A DNA stretch of 64,000 bases from Candidatus Bathyarchaeia archaeon. GTDB lineage: Archaea; Thermoproteota; Bathyarchaeia; TCS64. Below, piece after piece: positions 9,612 to 18,823 of the stretch. The DNA is taken from assembly GCA_050014495.1 (NCBI GenBank), contig JBEKDF010000002.1:1-64000 (forward strand), written 5' to 3'. Made by a program: the position numbers and the translations under genes. The stretch's first letter is position 1. Each line of letters begins with the position of its first letter. The notes beneath the pieces are model-generated. The model had not been told where the DNA came from. It did no database searches and saw nothing but the letters and a program-made list of their open reading frames with translations.

Positions 9612-11927
9612 ATGGAATACGACAGAATCCTTAGCGACCTCCTCCACAGAGATGATTACCTGGTTGTGGGGAGGAATACGGTACGTTCCGACGCCCTCGA
9701 CAAACTTCTCGGGAAGGCAAAGTTCACCTCCGACTACGTCCCGAAGGAAACGATGGTTGTTAAGGTCGTGAGGAGTACCGTGCCCCATGCCCTACTGAAG
9801 AGGGTAGACACGTCAGCGGCTCTACGAGTGCCGGGTGTCATTGCCATACTCACCGCTAGGGATGTCCCCGGTGAAAACGAGATAGGGTACGCTCTCCCGG
9901 AGCAGGCGTTCCTTAATGATGTAAAGGTACACTATGTCGGAGACCCCATAGCTCTCGTCTGTGCCCCGGACGATGTGACCGCCCAGACAGCAGCTGATGC
10001 GATCATAATCGAGTATGAGCCACTAACCGCTGTCCTGGATATAGACGCCGCCATTGCGGATGGGGCGCCAATCATACACAAGGACAACAACATCGCCATC
10101 ACCACGAAGATCAGGAAGGGTGACATGGTGAAGGGCTGGAAGGAGGCTGATGTCGTTGTTGAGGACACCTATTGGTCACCTTATCAGGAGCATATGTGCC
10201 TAGAGCCCGAAGCCGCCTACGCCTTTCCAGAGGGTGTCGGCAAGGTCACAATCATCGCCTGCATGCAAAGCCCACATCTGGTAAGGGAGAAAGTGGCTCG
10301 GGTCCTTGGATGGAAGCTCAACCAGGTGAGAGTCATACAGGCACTAACAGGTGGTGCCTTTGGGAAGAAGGACGACACTGGGCCACTAATAAGTGCCTAC
10401 GCCGCGGTCGCAGCTGTGAAGACAGGGAGACCCGCAGTCTATATAATGGATCGAAGCGAAGTTGTCGCGGTGACTCCGAAACGTTTCCCGGTCCGATTCA
10501 AGTATAAGTCAGGTGCTGACAGGAACGGGAAGATCACCGCAGTCGAAGTCGACATCACTCTCGAAGTAGGCGCCTACGCAAACAGAGCACCATTCTGGTT
10601 ATGGAGACAGACTGCTCACGCATGCGGCCCCTATGAAGTCCCAAACGTAGCTGTCGACGGTCGAGCAGTCTACACTAACAAGGTCTATGGTGGCAGCTTC
10701 CGAGGCTTCGGTAACCTCGCACTCCACTTCGCAGCAGAGCAACAGGTCGATAGGCTAGCCTATGAGCTCAAAATGGACCCCGTCGAATTCAGGATGAAGA
10801 ATATTCTAAGGGTAGGATCACATACTACTTGCGACCAGCTCCTCGATAACAGTGTCGGGATCGATAAGTGCCTTGAAGGCGTCGCAGCAGCCTCGGAGTG
10901 GGCAAAGCATAGGGAGCCAGTCCGTGTAGGAACGAAGGTTCGTGGTTGGGGTGTCGGCTGCGCTTACCATGGTAACAGCACTAGCAGGAGCACACCCGAC
11001 TGGAGCGCTGCAGCCCTCATGATACACGAGGATGGCAGCCTCACCTACCGCACAGGCATCTGTGAGATAGGGCAGGGCAGCCCATTCGGCCATGCTAAGA
11101 TAGTCGCTGAAATCATCGGTGCCAGAATAGACACCATTAAAATAGAGCAACCTGACACAGACACGACCCCCGACTCTAAACCTACACACGGGAGCCGGGG
11201 CCTCATGATGGGAGGCACCGCTGCCGCTGACGCAGCTATCAACATCCGCGAGCGAATGGTACGTGTAGCCGCCGACATGCTCGACTGCCCAGAGGCGCAG
11301 GTCGAGCTACGTGACAGCCAAGCTTACAACAAGAAGAAACCCTCAACGAAGATCCCCTTCGCTGAGATCGCTGAGCAAATGCACATCCGAGGAGAAAACC
11401 CCGGCAGCTATGGCTTCTATACCTCACCACGTCGATTCTTCGACCCAGAGACCGGCCTCGGCCACAACTATGCCGTCTACACCTTCGCCGCATCGGTTGC
11501 GGAGGTCGAGGTAGACACCGAGACAGGTCAGATAGAAGTGACAAAGATATGGCCCGCTATGGATGTTGGGAAAGCGATCGATCCCCTCATCGTGGATGGC
11601 CAGATTCATGGCGCTATTAGCCAGGGTGTCGGCTTCGCAATAATGGAGAACCTCCAGATTAAAGATGGCGTAATTACCACTACAGGATTCAAGGACTATG
11701 TCATCCCCTCCGCCCTCGACACCCCCGAGATAGATGACACTATTCTCGTTGAGGAGGCATACAAGTACGCTGCCTTTGGCGCGAAGGGAGTCGGGGAGCC
11801 CAGCATCATCAGCATAGTCCCCGCCATCGTCAACGCCATCCATCACGCTACTGGTCTCAGATTTAATACAATCCCCATCACACCGGATCGAATGCACAAG
11901 GCGCTGAAGGAGGCGGGTAAGTGTTGA
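9612..11927 (+). CDS. Xanthine dehydrogenase family molybdopterin-binding subunit (cluster 1)
   Basis: GGAFGKK, SFRGFG, EIGQG, THGSR, GAKGVGE; alternative start 9597. Confidence 0.93.
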   Translation: MEYDRILSDLLHRDDYLVVGRNTVRSDALDKLLGKAKFTSDYVPKETMVVKVVRSTVPHALLKRVDTSAALRVPGVIAILTARDVPGENEIGYALPEQAFLNDVKVHYVGDPIALVCAPDDVTAQTAADAIIIEYEPLTAVLDIDAAIADGAPIIHKDNNIAITTKIRKGDMVKGWKEADVVVEDTYWSPYQEHMCLEPEAAYAFPEGVGKVTIIACMQSPHLVREKVARVLGWKLNQVRVIQALTGGAFGKKDDTGPLISAYAAVAAVKTGRPAVYIMDRSEVVAVTPKRFPVRFKYKSGADRNGKITAVEVDITLEVGAYANRAPFWLWRQTAHACGPYEVPNVAVDGRAVYTNKVYGGSFRGFGNLALHFAAEQQVDRLAYELKMDPVEFRMKNILRVGSHTTCDQLLDNSVGIDKCLEGVAAASEWAKHREPVRVGTKVRGWGVGCAYHGNSTSRSTPDWSAAALMIHEDGSLTYRTGICEIGQGSPFGHAKIVAEIIGARIDTIKIEQPDTDTTPDSKPTHGSRGLMMGGTAAADAAINIRERMVRVAADMLDCPEAQVELRDSQAYNKKKPSTKIPFAEIAEQMHIRGENPGSYGFYTSPRRFFDPETGLGHNYAVYTFAASVAEVEVDTETGQIEVTKIWPAMDVGKAIDPLIVDGQIHGAISQGVGFAIMENLQIKDGVITTTGFKDYVIPSALDTPEIDDTILVEEAYKYAAFGAKGVGEPSIISIVPAIVNAIHHATGLRFNTIPITPDRMHKALKEAGKC

Positions 11928-12796
11928 AGCCGTTCACTGGATTCGATCTATTACGCCCACCCACATTAGTAGGGGTGCTGGAGATGATGTCAACGCTTGA
12001 GCTAGCTACTCCTATCGCTGGTGGAACCGATATAGTTCCCTTGTTTAGAGACCTCGGCTCGAAACCGGTTCACCTCATCGACCTTGGCCTCATTGAGGAA
12101 CTCAATGGTGTCGAAGAAGAGGATGGCAAGATCTTCATAGGGCCAACTACGACCCACTCCCAGATACTGGCGTCTAAGGTCATCGAGGATGTAGCACCAG
12201 CGCTCCACGATGCTGCGCGATGGATCGGCAGTGTCCAGATCAGGAATAGGGGCACAATAGGCGGTAACCTCTGCAACGCGTCTCCAGCCGCAGACTCCGC
12301 GCCACCTCTCCTCGTACATGATGCTGAGGCCCACATATGTAGCCTAGAGGAGGGTCACTGGATACCCTTACAGGAGTTTTTCAAAGGTCCCAAGATGACG
12401 GTCTTAGAGCCAAATGAGATACTTGCTGGGCTCAGGTTCCCCGTTGTGAAGGGGGCAGGGAGTAGCTTCCAGCGTATAGGGAGACGTAAGGGCTTCACTC
12501 TAAGTGTTGTTAATGCAGCAGTCTATGTTGAGAAAGACGGCGAGAAGCTCAAGGAAGTAAGAATAGCCTTGGGGAGCGTCGCACCTACACCTATACGAAC
12601 CCCGAGTGTTGAAAACATGATCAGGGGTAAGAATATGGGTGAGGATCTAGTCGAAGCGGCTGCAGCAGCTTGTGCTGAAGTTGCAAAACCAATCGACGAC
12701 GTTAGGGGTACAGCTGAATATCGCAAAGACATGACGGCTGTCCTAGTAAAGCGCGCCATGCGCGAGGCCTGGCGGCGCACCGGAGGTGACCTGTAA
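11921..12796 (+). CDS. XDH-family FAD-binding subunit (cluster 1)
   Basis: AGGTD, QIRNRGTIGGNLCNASPAADS, PIDDVRGTAEYR. Confidence 0.93.
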   Translation: MLKPFTGFDLLRPPTLVGVLEMMSTLELATPIAGGTDIVPLFRDLGSKPVHLIDLGLIEELNGVEEEDGKIFIGPTTTHSQILASKVIEDVAPALHDAARWIGSVQIRNRGTIGGNLCNASPAADSAPPLLVHDAEAHICSLEEGHWIPLQEFFKGPKMTVLEPNEILAGLRFPVVKGAGSSFQRIGRRKGFTLSVVNAAVYVEKDGEKLKEVRIALGSVAPTPIRTPSVENMIRGKNMGEDLVEAAAAACAEVAKPIDDVRGTAEYRKDMTAVLVKRAMREAWRRTGGDL

Positions 12797-12798
12797 TA

Positions 12799-13260
12799 GT
12801 GAATTTTGAGCTTAACGGCGTCGGTGTTTACTTCGAAGCACCTGCAACGATGACTCTACTCGACATGCTACGCGTAGAGCTTGGTGTGAAGAGCGTGAAG
12901 AAGGGCTGCGAACAGGGTGAGTGTGGCGCATGCACCGTTTTGGTCGACGGCTATCCCATGACTTCATGCCTAATACTCGCTCCCCAAGTCGAAGGACGTC
13001 ATGTCTGCACCGTCGAGGGTCTCGTCGACAATCCCCTTATGAAGGAGTTACAGGAAGCCTTCATGGAGAACGGCGCCGTCCAATGTGGATTCTGCACACC
13101 TGGAATGCTTCTTAGCGCCTACGCACTACTCAGCGACAACAGAAATCCCACGGAGGAGGAGATCAAGACCGCCATCGAGGGAAACATGTGCCGCTGCACG
13201 GGCTACGTCGCGATCATCGAGGCGATACTTGATGCAGCAGAACGCATCGCACCAGACTGA
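12799..13260 (+). CDS. XDH-family 2Fe-2S subunit (cluster 1)
   Basis: GCEQGECGACT, QCGFCTPG, CRCTGY. Confidence 0.94.
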   Translation: MNFELNGVGVYFEAPATMTLLDMLRVELGVKSVKKGCEQGECGACTVLVDGYPMTSCLILAPQVEGRHVCTVEGLVDNPLMKELQEAFMENGAVQCGFCTPGMLLSAYALLSDNRNPTEEEIKTAIEGNMCRCTGYVAIIEAILDAAERIAPD

Positions 13261-13308
13261 CATCCCAAAGCCCAGTAGTTTTTAGCCTTCGAATCCGAAT
13301 TTATAATC

Positions 13309-13878
13309 ATGATAGACCTTGAAGGGATCCTCAAAGATATAGAGAGGCAGGCTTCGAGGAGATGGCTTCCAATAATTGGAGCGGAGAAGGCGAGGATAAT
13401 CGCGAAGATAGTAGGGGAATTGAAACCGCGGCAAGCATTAGAGGTCGGGGCGAACATAGGATACTCAGCTATAGTGATCGCAAGCCACATGCTCGACAAC
13501 TCTCACCTAACTACGATAGAGGTAAATCGAGCGTTGGCGCGGGAGGCTGAGGCTAATATAAAGAAGGCTGGACTCACGGAAAGAGTGAATGTTCTAGTAG
13601 GAGATGCTCTCGAATTGATCCCGGGAGTTGTGGGTCCAATTGACTTTGCCTTCGTGGACGCAGAGAAGGACGAGTATGGAAGATACCTCAATCTCATAGA
13701 GCCAAAGCTACACTTCGACAGCGTAGTTGTAGCCGACAATGTAGGTTCATTTCCCCGAGCCATGGAGGATTACTTGGATCGGGTCAGAAGATCAGGGCTA
13801 TACGAGAGCAGGTACATATCAGTTGGCTGGGACGGCCTCGAGGTAAGCAGGAGGCTCTACTCGCGCGTCCCGAGATGA
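13309..13878 (+). CDS. SAM-dependent O-methyltransferase (Methyltransf_3-like)
   Basis: LEVGANIGYS, FVDAEK, VVADNV. Confidence 0.88.
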   Translation: MIDLEGILKDIERQASRRWLPIIGAEKARIIAKIVGELKPRQALEVGANIGYSAIVIASHMLDNSHLTTIEVNRALAREAEANIKKAGLTERVNVLVGDALELIPGVVGPIDFAFVDAEKDEYGRYLNLIEPKLHFDSVVVADNVGSFPRAMEDYLDRVRRSGLYESRYISVGWDGLEVSRRLYSRVPR

Positions 13879-13909
13879 TCAAGAAGAAGCATGGTTAGCG
13901 TAGCAGAGG

Positions 13910-14311
13910 CTAGTTCCCCACGAGCTTGTTTACTAGCTTCTTTGGGCCATAGATGGCGACGCCGAGATACTTCAACTCCGCTGATGGCGTCGTGGCGAGT
14001 TTCCAAGTGTAATCCTCATAACGAACCTCCCTCTGTGCGGTCTCGGTGAAGTCGACGACGAGTAGGGCAAAGGTTTTCATTGCTTTCTCTCGAATCCCCT
14101 TGATGGCTTCCGAATCGGCCGAGAGAATCGGGAGCGGGATATTTATTATGCCTGTGTGGATCTCACCAGAACTGTCTAAGACATCGGGGCCAATCATCGA
14201 CTCGACCTTGCGACCGAGTGTCGTCCCAAGGAGCCCCGCCGTGTTCAACTTTAAACCCGTCGGGAGCCCCGCATCGATGATCATGACGCACTTATTCGAA
14301 TCAGTCTCCAT
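13910..14311 (-). CDS. DUF2000 family protein (PTH2-like fold), terminated early by TAG
   Basis: KCVMIIDAGLPTGLKLN, YLGVAIYGPKK; PLLR continues after the TAG. Confidence 0.8.
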   Translation of the reverse strand: METDSNKCVMIIDAGLPTGLKLNTAGLLGTTLGRKVESMIGPDVLDSSGEIHTGIINIPLPILSADSEAIKGIREKAMKTFALLVVDFTETAQREVRYEDYTWKLATTPSAELKYLGVAIYGPKKLVNKLVGN

Positions 14312-14344
14312 GCTCCAGCCTGACCATCTTGTACTGGAAAAGTC

Positions 14345-14932
14345 TTACCGTCGTTTCTCGAAGAGTTTCTTGGCGTGCTCGAAATCATCAGCAGTATCAA
14401 AATCGATAATACTCCATTCATTTCCCTCGACGTGTATATAAACATCTGCGTGTCCATCGACAACCTCCTTGAGCGAGCCTGTCAGAGCAAGTATTTCCCC
14501 GAAGAGGCTAGAGCGGAACAGAACGGGGTGCCCACCCTTCCCACTGAATATCGGGCTGACTATACATGCACTCGGAGCATCCTCCATCGCAGTCACCATC
14601 CTTCGTATGGCTTCAGGTCCAAGCCCTAATTGGTCTCCAAGGACTAGAAAGATCGCGTCGACACCGCCTATTCCTCTTAGGCCAGCCTGGAAGCTAGTGG
14701 TCATCCCCTTCTCATAATCTGGATTGTGGGCGATGCGGACTCCATGAGCGGTAGCAATCGCTTTTATTGGCTCGGGATTGTTTCCCGTTACGACGACAAC
14801 ATCGTCCACTGTCTGAGTAAGGACGTCCAGGAGCCTGTCTAAGATTGTTCTTCCCCCGACCGTGAGAAGTAGTTTGTTTACTCCCATCCGACTACTCTTT
14901 CCAGCGGCGAGGACGACTGCCCCAGTCCTCAA
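14345..14932 (-). CDS. mocA: Molybdenum cofactor cytidylyltransferase (MocA-like nucleotidyltransferase)
   Basis: LAAGKSSRMG..KLLL, GMTTS, LGDQ, GHPVLF, DFDT; TTG start overlapping the upstream TGA. Confidence 0.85.
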   Translation of the reverse strand: MRTGAVVLAAGKSSRMGVNKLLLTVGGRTILDRLLDVLTQTVDDVVVVTGNNPEPIKAIATAHGVRIAHNPDYEKGMTTSFQAGLRGIGGVDAIFLVLGDQLGLGPEAIRRMVTAMEDAPSACIVSPIFSGKGGHPVLFRSSLFGEILALTGSLKEVVDGHADVYIHVEGNEWSIIDFDTADDFEHAKKLFEKRR

Positions 14933-15402
14933 CCGGGTCCCTTCATCTTTGCCGCAGCTGATTGTACTGCTTTTACTATATTGACGTATCCAGAGCAGCG
15001 GCACATGTTTCCTTTAAGGTACTCCCTGATCTCCGTCTCCGTCGGCTGAGGTTTCTCTGCGAGGAGCGCTTTCGTCGACATGACGAAGCCGGGGGTGCAG
15101 AATCCACATTGGATGGCGCCTTCCTCAAGATATGCTTCTTGGATCGGATGGAGGCTATCATACTCTCCCAATCCCTCGATGGTTTCAATTGTCCTCCCGT
15201 CTACTTCAATAGCAAGGATCATGCAGGCGAGGACCGATTCCCCATCGAGGAGGACCGTACATGCGCCGCATTCACCGATGCCGCAGCCGTACTTTGCTCC
15301 AGTGAGCATCATGTTATCTCTTATGAGATTGAGGAGCAGGGTGTTTGATTCGACGTCGAAACTTCTTGGTTTTCCGTTGACAGTTAACTTGATCCTCATC
15401 AC
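14929..15402 (-). CDS. XDH-family 2Fe-2S subunit (cluster 2)
   Basis: GCGIGECGACT, QCGFCTPG, CRCSGY. Confidence 0.94.
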   Translation of the reverse strand: MMRIKLTVNGKPRSFDVESNTLLLNLIRDNMMLTGAKYGCGIGECGACTVLLDGESVLACMILAIEVDGRTIETIEGLGEYDSLHPIQEAYLEEGAIQCGFCTPGFVMSTKALLAEKPQPTETEIREYLKGNMCRCSGYVNIVKAVQSAAAKMKGPG

Positions 15403-16295
15403 TTATCCCTCCTAGAGTCCTCGAGGATGCGAGTTAACGCCTCCATAGCGAGCCCCCTCGAGGCGAGGCGTCTGTACTCTGCTGTACCTCTAATATCTGT
15501 GATCGGCTTGATGCTCTCAGAGACAAGTCTGCCAGCTTCCTCGATGGCGTCCATGTTTAGCTTCTTCTTCATGAGTTGTTGCTCGACATTTCTGAGTCTG
15601 AGTGGTGTAGGAGCAACAGCGCCCATGACGATCTTAATGCTCTCGATAGTTTCCTTCTTCATCTTAGCGTTAACGGCGATGCTGACTGTGGCGAGGTCAA
15701 GGCTCGTCCGACCGAGCTTAATGAAGGCACTTTGGCTTCCTGGCTCAGGGTAGGGTACTATGAGGCTAGCTAACAACTCGCCCCTTCCTAGTACGGTTCT
15801 ACCTGGACCTGTAAAGAAACTCTCAAGCTCAATGCTCCTATCCCCCGATGGCCCAGCTATGTTCGCCTTCGCGTCGAGAGCGATAAGTGCCTGTGCGCTA
15901 TCCGCGGCTGGAGACGCGTTGCAAAGGTTTCCTCCGACAGTCGCCATGTTCCTAATTTGGACCGAACCGATGGAAGAGACAGCCGCGTGCAGAAGTGGTA
16001 GCTTCTCTGTAACTATAATACTGCGCTCAAGGTCTCTGAGTCTGGTGAGCGCACCTATTCTTATGAGTTCAGCCTCTTCACGGACGCCTACGAGCTCAGG
16101 TATCTGCTTGAGATTGATGACCTGGCGGGGCTTTAGGAGCGCCTGCTTCATTTTAGGTAGAAGGTCTGTGCCCCCGGCGAGAACTACTGCCTCAACGCCA
16201 TGTTTGTCTAGAAGCTTTGCCGCCTCAGTGACGCTGGTCGGTGCATAATATTGGAAACTGTGGAGTATGTGGGTATCATGTGTATTAATGCTCAT
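15399..16295 (-). CDS. XDH-family FAD-binding subunit (cluster 2)
   Basis: AGGTD, QIRNMATVGGNLCNASPAADS, PITDIRGTAEYR. Confidence 0.93.
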   Translation of the reverse strand: MSINTHDTHILHSFQYYAPTSVTEAAKLLDKHGVEAVVLAGGTDLLPKMKQALLKPRQVINLKQIPELVGVREEAELIRIGALTRLRDLERSIIVTEKLPLLHAAVSSIGSVQIRNMATVGGNLCNASPAADSAQALIALDAKANIAGPSGDRSIELESFFTGPGRTVLGRGELLASLIVPYPEPGSQSAFIKLGRTSLDLATVSIAVNAKMKKETIESIKIVMGAVAPTPLRLRNVEQQLMKKKLNMDAIEEAGRLVSESIKPITDIRGTAEYRRLASRGLAMEALTRILEDSRRDK

Positions 16296-18643
16296 TGCGG
16301 TTCCTCCTTCTGGTGAAGTGCCGCCAGTATCTTATCACGAGTGATGGGAAGATCGTAAAACCTTACGCCTAATGCGTTTTGTATCGCGTTTGCGACAGCG
16401 CCAGCGACGGGATTGAGCGCCCCCTCCCCTATTCCCTTCGCACCGAAGGGACCCGTTTCCTCATATGTATCGACGAAGAAGACCTTGAAGTCCTCAAGGT
16501 GTGGCATATCCAGCGCCGTGGGTATCTTGTAGTCGGTGAGGAAACCTCTGTTGACGAGGTCGCCCGTCTTAGGATCATGCGGCATGTCTTCTAGGAGGGT
16601 CATACTCCACCCTTGTGCGAAGCCTCCGTGTATCTGCCCCGCAGCGAGGGTCGGATTAATCACGGTGCCAATGTCGGCACCTGCGATGACCTTTATTGGG
16701 CGTACCTTACCTGTCCATGTATCTACTTCAACCTCGACGAAGTAACCGGTGAAATGGGGTGGACAAGCGGGCTGACGGTAGCTGTCAACGGAGGCTATCG
16801 TACCCCAGTTTTTATGCCTCATAGTGTAGGCGATCTCCTTGAATGTTAGCTCTCGTCCCTCTACGCCCTCTGCGTAGACTACCCCCTGCTTTCTCGCTTG
16901 GTCCATCCTAAACTTTAATGCATGTGGATAGGCATCGAGAATCTTCCCAGCGTTCTCCCTTATCTTATCCTTGACTTGCTTCGCCACCTTTAGAGCCGCA
17001 CCTCCACCTGAGTAGATGCCCCTACTGGCATGGGTGCATACGTCGTAGACAGTCGTGCTTGTGTCTGCTTGGATTATGTTAACATTGTCGAGTGGGACGC
17101 AGAGCTCCTCAGCGATTATCTTCGCGTGTGCCTCGATAGTGCCTCCTCCATGGTCCATGAGAGCAGTGACATAGTCTAGAGTCCCATCCTCATTCAGCTT
17201 CAAGAATGCCCCTCCGAAGTCTACGACGGTCCCCGGCACAGGCGCCCCAGCGCTGCTAGTGTGGTAGCCGCGTCCCATGCCAACGCCACGCCTAAAACGC
17301 CCTAATTGGCTCCCCGGCTTAGGACGGTTGTACCAGTCTATTTCCTTCGCTCCTCGCTTGAGTATTTCCTCTACCCCACAGCTCTGAATTATACTCTTCA
17401 CAGTTGGGCCCTGCCCCCAGAAGATGTCTCCTTGCCCGATGTAGTTTTGGAGACGGAAGTCGACGGGATCCACACCGATGGCTTCAGCTAGCTCATCCAT
17501 CATGCACTCCATCGCCCAGGTCATCTGGGGGTTACCATAGCCTCGGAACGCGCAGCTTGGAACCTTGTTCGTATAGACCGCGATACCCCTGTAGCTTTTA
17601 GCAGGAATCTTGTAGAGGTTTACCCACCAGCCAACTATGCAACCGAGGAGGGGGTACGCTTGTATCTGGTGGCCGCCTATGTCGAGCCACGCGTCGAGGT
17701 GTCCCGCGGTGAGTTTACCGCTCCTCTTGACGCCCATTTTGAGGTCGAAGATCATGCTGTAGCTGACGTGGTCGTGTAGGTCCTCCTCGCGTGTGAGGCT
17801 TAAGCGTATAGGGCGACGCGTCTTCAGTGCCATCGCGACTGCGATGGGGACAACGGTATTGACCTGGATGCTGGATCCGAAGCTGCCGCCTATATTTGTT
17901 TTCATAACACGTATTTTGCCCATGGGAAGGCCAAATATCTCATGGATTAGGAGCCTCGTATTGTGCAGGGTCTGGGTCGTGCTCCAAATTGTCACACCAC
18001 CGTCTGGCTCAGGCTTCACAAGCACCGACTTAGTCTCCAGTTGGGTGTGATAGCGGCGGTTCGTCCTGTACGTACGTCTTATGACAACATCGGCCTCCTC
18101 GAAGCCGGTCTCCACTTCTCCCTCACATGTGTCGAGGGTGCATGCTATATTGCGCTCAATCCTTAGCTGATTCTCCTTGAGAGTAATCTCGTCATGGAGC
18201 ATCGTCCCGAGATTCATGGCGTCGAGTGCATCGTAGGATGCTGGCAATGTCTCATACTCTACCCTAAGGAGCTCCATCGCAGTCTGGGCTTGCTCCTCCG
18301 TTTCTGCCGCGACCACCGCTATGGGCTCACCAACATACACTGGCTTCCTAGCTAACACGTGCCAGTCCTTGTAAGTGACCTCGGGGGTGCTAACTAGACG
18401 AGGACAGAATGTTACTTCGGGGACATCATCGGGGGTGATGACGACGGCTCCAACTCTCTCGGCTTCGGTCTTATCTATATTAATTACCCTGGCGTGAGGA
18501 TGTGGACTCTTGAGGATGCGGGCGTGAAGCATCCCTGGTAGTGTTAGGTCGCTGGAGAAGCGTTCCTGCCCCGTGACCTTCGAGACACCATCCTTCCTCA
18601 GTGTGTCCCTTCCAATGACAGCATAGAGCCTCTGCCCGGACAT
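16292..18643 (-). CDS. Xanthine dehydrogenase family molybdopterin-binding subunit (cluster 2)
   Basis: GGSFGS, AFRGYG, THASRG, GAKGIGE. Confidence 0.93.
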   Translation of the reverse strand: MSGQRLYAVIGRDTLRKDGVSKVTGQERFSSDLTLPGMLHARILKSPHPHARVINIDKTEAERVGAVVITPDDVPEVTFCPRLVSTPEVTYKDWHVLARKPVYVGEPIAVVAAETEEQAQTAMELLRVEYETLPASYDALDAMNLGTMLHDEITLKENQLRIERNIACTLDTCEGEVETGFEEADVVIRRTYRTNRRYHTQLETKSVLVKPEPDGGVTIWSTTQTLHNTRLLIHEIFGLPMGKIRVMKTNIGGSFGSSIQVNTVVPIAVAMALKTRRPIRLSLTREEDLHDHVSYSMIFDLKMGVKRSGKLTAGHLDAWLDIGGHQIQAYPLLGCIVGWWVNLYKIPAKSYRGIAVYTNKVPSCAFRGYGNPQMTWAMECMMDELAEAIGVDPVDFRLQNYIGQGDIFWGQGPTVKSIIQSCGVEEILKRGAKEIDWYNRPKPGSQLGRFRRGVGMGRGYHTSSAGAPVPGTVVDFGGAFLKLNEDGTLDYVTALMDHGGGTIEAHAKIIAEELCVPLDNVNIIQADTSTTVYDVCTHASRGIYSGGGAALKVAKQVKDKIRENAGKILDAYPHALKFRMDQARKQGVVYAEGVEGRELTFKEIAYTMRHKNWGTIASVDSYRQPACPPHFTGYFVEVEVDTWTGKVRPIKVIAGADIGTVINPTLAAGQIHGGFAQGWSMTLLEDMPHDPKTGDLVNRGFLTDYKIPTALDMPHLEDFKVFFVDTYEETGPFGAKGIGEGALNPVAGAVANAIQNALGVRFYDLPITRDKILAALHQKEEPQ

Positions 18644-18731
18644 TTCATATGATTCTCGCGCCTCGTTGATTAAAAGTGTTGAGAGGCAATTGATCGGTTA
18701 GACGTGATATAATTATTATGAATGAACCTAT

Positions 18732-18757
18732 ATGTTATTAATGATTAATAATAACAT
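18732..18757. promoter_or_regulatory. 9-bp inverted repeat, candidate operator in the divergent XDH2/ZntA intergenic region
   Basis: ATGTTATTA-n8-TAATAACAT in an AT-rich intergenic region. Confidence 0.5.
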
Positions 18758-18823
18758 GCCCAATCTTAGCACTATATTAATAAAAGTTATCCGCTAACCA
18801 TCCTTGAAACTGAGGCTTGAGAC

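Noticed and set aside
9612..18643. Aerobic CO dehydrogenase (CoxLMS) or 4-hydroxybenzoyl-CoA reductase assignment
   Set aside because: No AYxCSFR motif, and the FAD subunits lack the extra 4Fe-4S cysteines of the HBCR beta subunit
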